From a virus (Duplodnaviria; Heunggongvirae; Uroviricota; Caudoviricetes), in IMG/VR virus record IMGVR_UViG_3300029473_000215: a stretch of DNA of 17,382 nt. One strand, 5' to 3'. Both the position numbers and the translations under genes were made by a program. Below, in pieces: positions 14,441 to 17,382 of the stretch (the stretch's first letter is position 1; every line of letters starts with the position of its first letter). The notes under the pieces are model-generated. The model saw only the letters and a list, made by a program, of their open reading frames with translations. It made no database searches and was not told the origin of the DNA.

Positions 14441-16912
14441 TTAAGAATCAGCCTGACTCGGGATCAGTTTTTGCCAGATAACTGAAACGTATTTTGCCTG
14501 GTAACGGGCGTCGTCAAGTGCATTATGGCGCTCACCTTCGAATGGAATAGCCGTTCTGGCATCGAAGTCTATGGCTTTCCCCAGCTCAACGATTGTGCGT
14601 ACATCGCGATCGTTGTAGTAACGCCACGGGCAGGGGATCCCCTGCCGTTCGTATGAACGGCGCAAAATCGTGTTGTCGAAGTTGGCTCCATTTCCCCAAA
14701 CCTGAACAAAAAATTCACCGGAGTTTTCGTCGATAAATTCCCGCAATTGTAACAGTGCATCATCTAACGGGATTTCATCGGTCATAATGGCAGATTGCGC
14801 TTCGCGTGATTGCTTAAGCCACCATTTAATGGTGTCCCGATCAATGACTCCGCCAGCAGTTTCCAGATCGATAGTCTTACTAAATTCCGGTCCCATATCT
14901 CCGGTTTGCGGATCGAAAAATATTGCACCTATTGAGATGATCGGGGCATCAGGATTTTTTCCCATGGTTTCAAGGTCGATCATTAGATGGTCACACGTCC
15001 TGCTGGTGGATGTGATTTCGTGATGACCGTTCACCTTAATTGGGTGATCTGCCGTCTCGCCAGTTTCATTATCGCTATTGTGATGCTGATTGCCGCCAGT
15101 GTTCTCCTTGTGTGGATGTTCAGCGCCTTCCATTTCCTCCGGATCATCTTCCTGAACTTCAACCTGATACTCTTCATCGAATGTTTCTTGGTATGTTGCG
15201 TCGCCCATCACCGCGCCACAATCAGGGCAGTTGCCGCCGCCGGTCTGACCGCAGGCGGTGCAGACTTTTTCCACTTCCTGTTGCGCCACTGGTTCAGGCT
15301 GTTTCGTTTCTGGCTCGTTTTGTAACGCATTTGGACTGTTTTGTTCCGCTTTTTGGTAGTTCCGTTCCGATTCATGCTGGTTCTGGTTCACAGAATCGCG
15401 GGTCTGGATCCCCTTAACCCATTTCGGATCATTCGGGTCACTAATCCCTTCAACAAATTCACCACGTGATGCAGCAAGCAACTTATCGGCGTCAGGCTGG
15501 CTGATATTGGCTGCCTGCATAATTTTGTTTACTTCGTCAGCGGTAACTTTTATCGGCTCTGGTTGTTCTGAATCTTCAGCGGTATCTACATTTTGCGGTA
15601 AGCCCGTGTATGTGCCATTTTTTCGGGCAAAATATTCTTCTTTTGTGATTTCAGTGGCGCCAGCAGCCAGTGCCTTATCCAGACCAGAAAGTTTGTTTGC
15701 GCGACCGTATTTTTCTCCGTCCTTATCTGCGAAGAGGAAATAGAACGGCCCCTCACGCTCTACAGATGGTTCAGCTTCCGGCGCGGTTTCATTTTTTGGG
15801 ATATCAGATACCTCAGTTTCCACTGTATCAGTTTGTGTTTCTGATGACTGGAGAACATCAACAGTGCCCAGGTCTGTTTCTTCATTCTCAAACACGCCCT
15901 TTGTCGTCAGGTATTCGCAGATATATTTGTTCAGTGCTACGGGATCTTTGTGAATGTCGATCGGACGCTCACGGACAAGGCCAAAAATAGTTTGGCGGTC
16001 GTAGCGAAGGGCATCAGGCTGTTTGCGCATTGATGCCGAGATACGCTTCCAGTCTTCGCGGTCGTTGTCGATAACTTCTTTTTTTGCCCAGCGATGGATG
16101 CTGCCGTCAATGTTTCCGGCATCCACATCACCAGGCCAGAGAGCGTAGGCCAGTTCGTCATCCAGTGTTTTCCATGTCTGCTTGTATTCGCGATGAATGG
16201 CAGCAATGACCGGGCTGATTTTTCCTGTTGAATTTTCAGTGTACTGTTGATTGGCTCTGGCGCGGGCGAGATCAACAACAGACGTGTATTTTCCGGTTTC
16301 CTTGCGTTCACCTTCGCGACGTTTTTTCCAGATGCGCATCTCTGCCTGAATTTCGGGCCATTTAGCACCAGGAATACATTTATGCTTAACCCACCCAATG
16401 GCGTGCAACTTAAGCTCCGGATACATGGCGTTAACTTCTGGCATTTTCATCAACGCTTCAACGATATGTCCGTCGAATGTTGCCATGTCTTCCTGCAACA
16501 ATTCCTGTGCGCTAATAACCATATCAACGGTGATGTTTTCACATGTGTCGAACTTAACCATGACAGCGTTCTGTACTTCAGGGGCCAGCTTGTCAAAAGT
16601 GACGTTCATCGGATCGGATTCAGTCTCAACCGGGACAAAAGAAGCAGACTCCTCATCCCAGCGGTTTTCCTGCATATATTCAGCATCCCATGAATCGAGG
16701 GCAGGGCGGGGTATGCCAGGTTTATCCTCGCAGACAATAAATTTATAAGCGCAGTCCTGAGCAGCCGGATAATGTTCCAGGAATTGCCAGTGAAATTTTG
16801 CTCGAGCACGGCGTTCGTCGCCAGCTTCAATGGCTGTGGCTACAGCCACAGCGCCTTCTTCCCTTGTTGCCAGTTCGTCAGGAATAGCGGCGCAAATAAA
16901 GACTTTACTCAT
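14441..16912 (-). CDS. Exodeoxyribonuclease VIII-like protein with C-terminal DnaQ-like (DEDDh) 3'-5' exonuclease domain, 823 aa
   Basis: Central segment KLLAASRGEFVEGISDPNDPKWVKGIQTRD and Cys4 cluster CTACGQTGGGNCPDCGAVMGDATYQETF match RecE from memory; C-terminus has DEDDh motifs MIDLETMG, WGNGANFDNTIL and HNALDDARYQ instead of the RecE PD-(D/E)xK nuclease; GAGG SD upstream of the ATG. Confidence 0.85.
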   Translation of the reverse strand: MSKVFICAAIPDELATREEGAVAVATAIEAGDERRARAKFHWQFLEHYPAAQDCAYKFIVCEDKPGIPRPALDSWDAEYMQENRWDEESASFVPVETESDPMNVTFDKLAPEVQNAVMVKFDTCENITVDMVISAQELLQEDMATFDGHIVEALMKMPEVNAMYPELKLHAIGWVKHKCIPGAKWPEIQAEMRIWKKRREGERKETGKYTSVVDLARARANQQYTENSTGKISPVIAAIHREYKQTWKTLDDELAYALWPGDVDAGNIDGSIHRWAKKEVIDNDREDWKRISASMRKQPDALRYDRQTIFGLVRERPIDIHKDPVALNKYICEYLTTKGVFENEETDLGTVDVLQSSETQTDTVETEVSDIPKNETAPEAEPSVEREGPFYFLFADKDGEKYGRANKLSGLDKALAAGATEITKEEYFARKNGTYTGLPQNVDTAEDSEQPEPIKVTADEVNKIMQAANISQPDADKLLAASRGEFVEGISDPNDPKWVKGIQTRDSVNQNQHESERNYQKAEQNSPNALQNEPETKQPEPVAQQEVEKVCTACGQTGGGNCPDCGAVMGDATYQETFDEEYQVEVQEDDPEEMEGAEHPHKENTGGNQHHNSDNETGETADHPIKVNGHHEITSTSRTCDHLMIDLETMGKNPDAPIISIGAIFFDPQTGDMGPEFSKTIDLETAGGVIDRDTIKWWLKQSREAQSAIMTDEIPLDDALLQLREFIDENSGEFFVQVWGNGANFDNTILRRSYERQGIPCPWRYYNDRDVRTIVELGKAIDFDARTAIPFEGERHNALDDARYQAKYVSVIWQKLIPSQADS

Positions 16913-17005
16913 TTTGTTTTAACCTCATGACAGATTTAAGGATGAACAAATCCCTGCCATTGCTGGCATATAAGAATGAAACCGGATATTTATTACGGAA
17001 CTGTT

Positions 17006-17197
17006 TTAAAGACCTGCCGGGATTTCGATATTATCCTGGTGAATAACTTTATCGACCGGGTAACAGTTACCGGGAATTTTCTGTTCGGTTGCTGCAGTCA
17101 TACACTCCTGCATTGTCCTGTGAACACTGACTGCAATATCAACTGGCACTCCGGAAACAAGAAAAACTGTCAGAACAAGCGCAAATGCTGAATTCAT
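17006..17197 (-). CDS. Small hypothetical protein with N-terminal hydrophobic segment, 63 aa
   Basis: AAGGA SD 8 nt before ATG 17197; translation MNSAFALVLTVFLVSGVPVDIAVSVHRT...; start overlaps the stop of the upstream gene (ATGA). The ORF track begins at an upstream ATG, 17251. Confidence 0.5.
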   Translation of the reverse strand: MNSAFALVLTVFLVSGVPVDIAVSVHRTMQECMTAATEQKIPGNCYPVDKVIHQDNIEIPAGL

Positions 17198-17382
17198 TGT
17201 GCACATCCTTTTGGCATCAGACGTAAACGAGCCAGCATTGAAACAATGCATATTTTATTTAATAGCTCCCGTTCTTGTTTTCTCTTGTTAATGGCATCTT
17301 CAGTAAATACAGGGTTACTGATAGTGACACCAATTTCAAAACAACCTTCAGACGTATTAACGTTTGGTAATAACGTTTTCAT
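17194..17382 (-). CDS. Small hypothetical protein, at least 62 aa; start coincides with the window edge so it may be 5'-partial
   Basis: Open frame on the minus strand ending with a TGA that overlaps the next ATG (translational coupling); no family recognised. Confidence 0.4.
   Translation of the reverse strand: MKTLLPNVNTSEGCFEIGVTISNPVFTEDAINKRKQERELLNKICIVSMLARLRLMPKGCAQ

Larger units (their letters stand above)
12765..17382. mobile_element. Integrase-proximal arm of a lambdoid (Qin/Rac-like) prophage; continues beyond the right edge of the window
   Basis: int-xis-exo gene order on the minus strand, lower GC, abuts the truncated ydfJ-like fragment. Confidence 0.8.

Noticed and set aside
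14569-16830. Ten short ORFs on both strands within 14441-16912
   Set aside because: All are nested within the 823-aa Exo VIII-like gene, which has continuous motif support along its length.
16976-17191. 71-aa plus-strand ORF
   Set aside because: Antisense to the small minus-strand gene 17006-17197, which has an SD and translational coupling.
1-17382. Search for a CRISPR array or other regularly spaced repeats
   Set aside because: Only the 12-bp tandem array (2370-2418) and short direct repeats were found; nothing with repeat-spacer periodicity of 28-37 bp.

Overview
No tools were run; all protein identifications are from reading the translations and from memory of E. coli K-12 and phage protein families. 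The window is a three-part mosaic. (1) Positions 1 to about 6030 are a phage-like island with all genes on the + strand: a tyrosine integrase, an HNH/AP2-type homing endonuclease, a KilA-N domain protein preceded by a partial copy of its own 5' end, a 57-aa coupled small ORF, two unrecognised proteins (163 and 328 aa) ending in a strong terminator, and a 36-aa hydrophobic peptide ORF. It also carries a 4 x 12-bp tandem repeat array with an AT-rich tract. (2) Positions about 6031 to 12760 are an E. coli-type chromosomal block: ynfE truncated at its 3' end, ynfD, ynfC, speG, ynfB, ynfA, rspA, rspB and a 39-codon 5' fragment of an MFS transporter gene (ydfJ-like). (3) Positions about 12765 to 17382 are the integrase-proximal arm of a lambdoid prophage (Qin/Rac-like position): integrase, excisionase, a large exodeoxyribonuclease VIII-like protein with a DnaQ-like C-terminal domain, and two small coupled genes. 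The most interesting feature is the left island, which abuts a disrupted ynfE and does not match any mobile element or defence system I recognise. No CRISPR array, rRNA or convincing tRNA was found.
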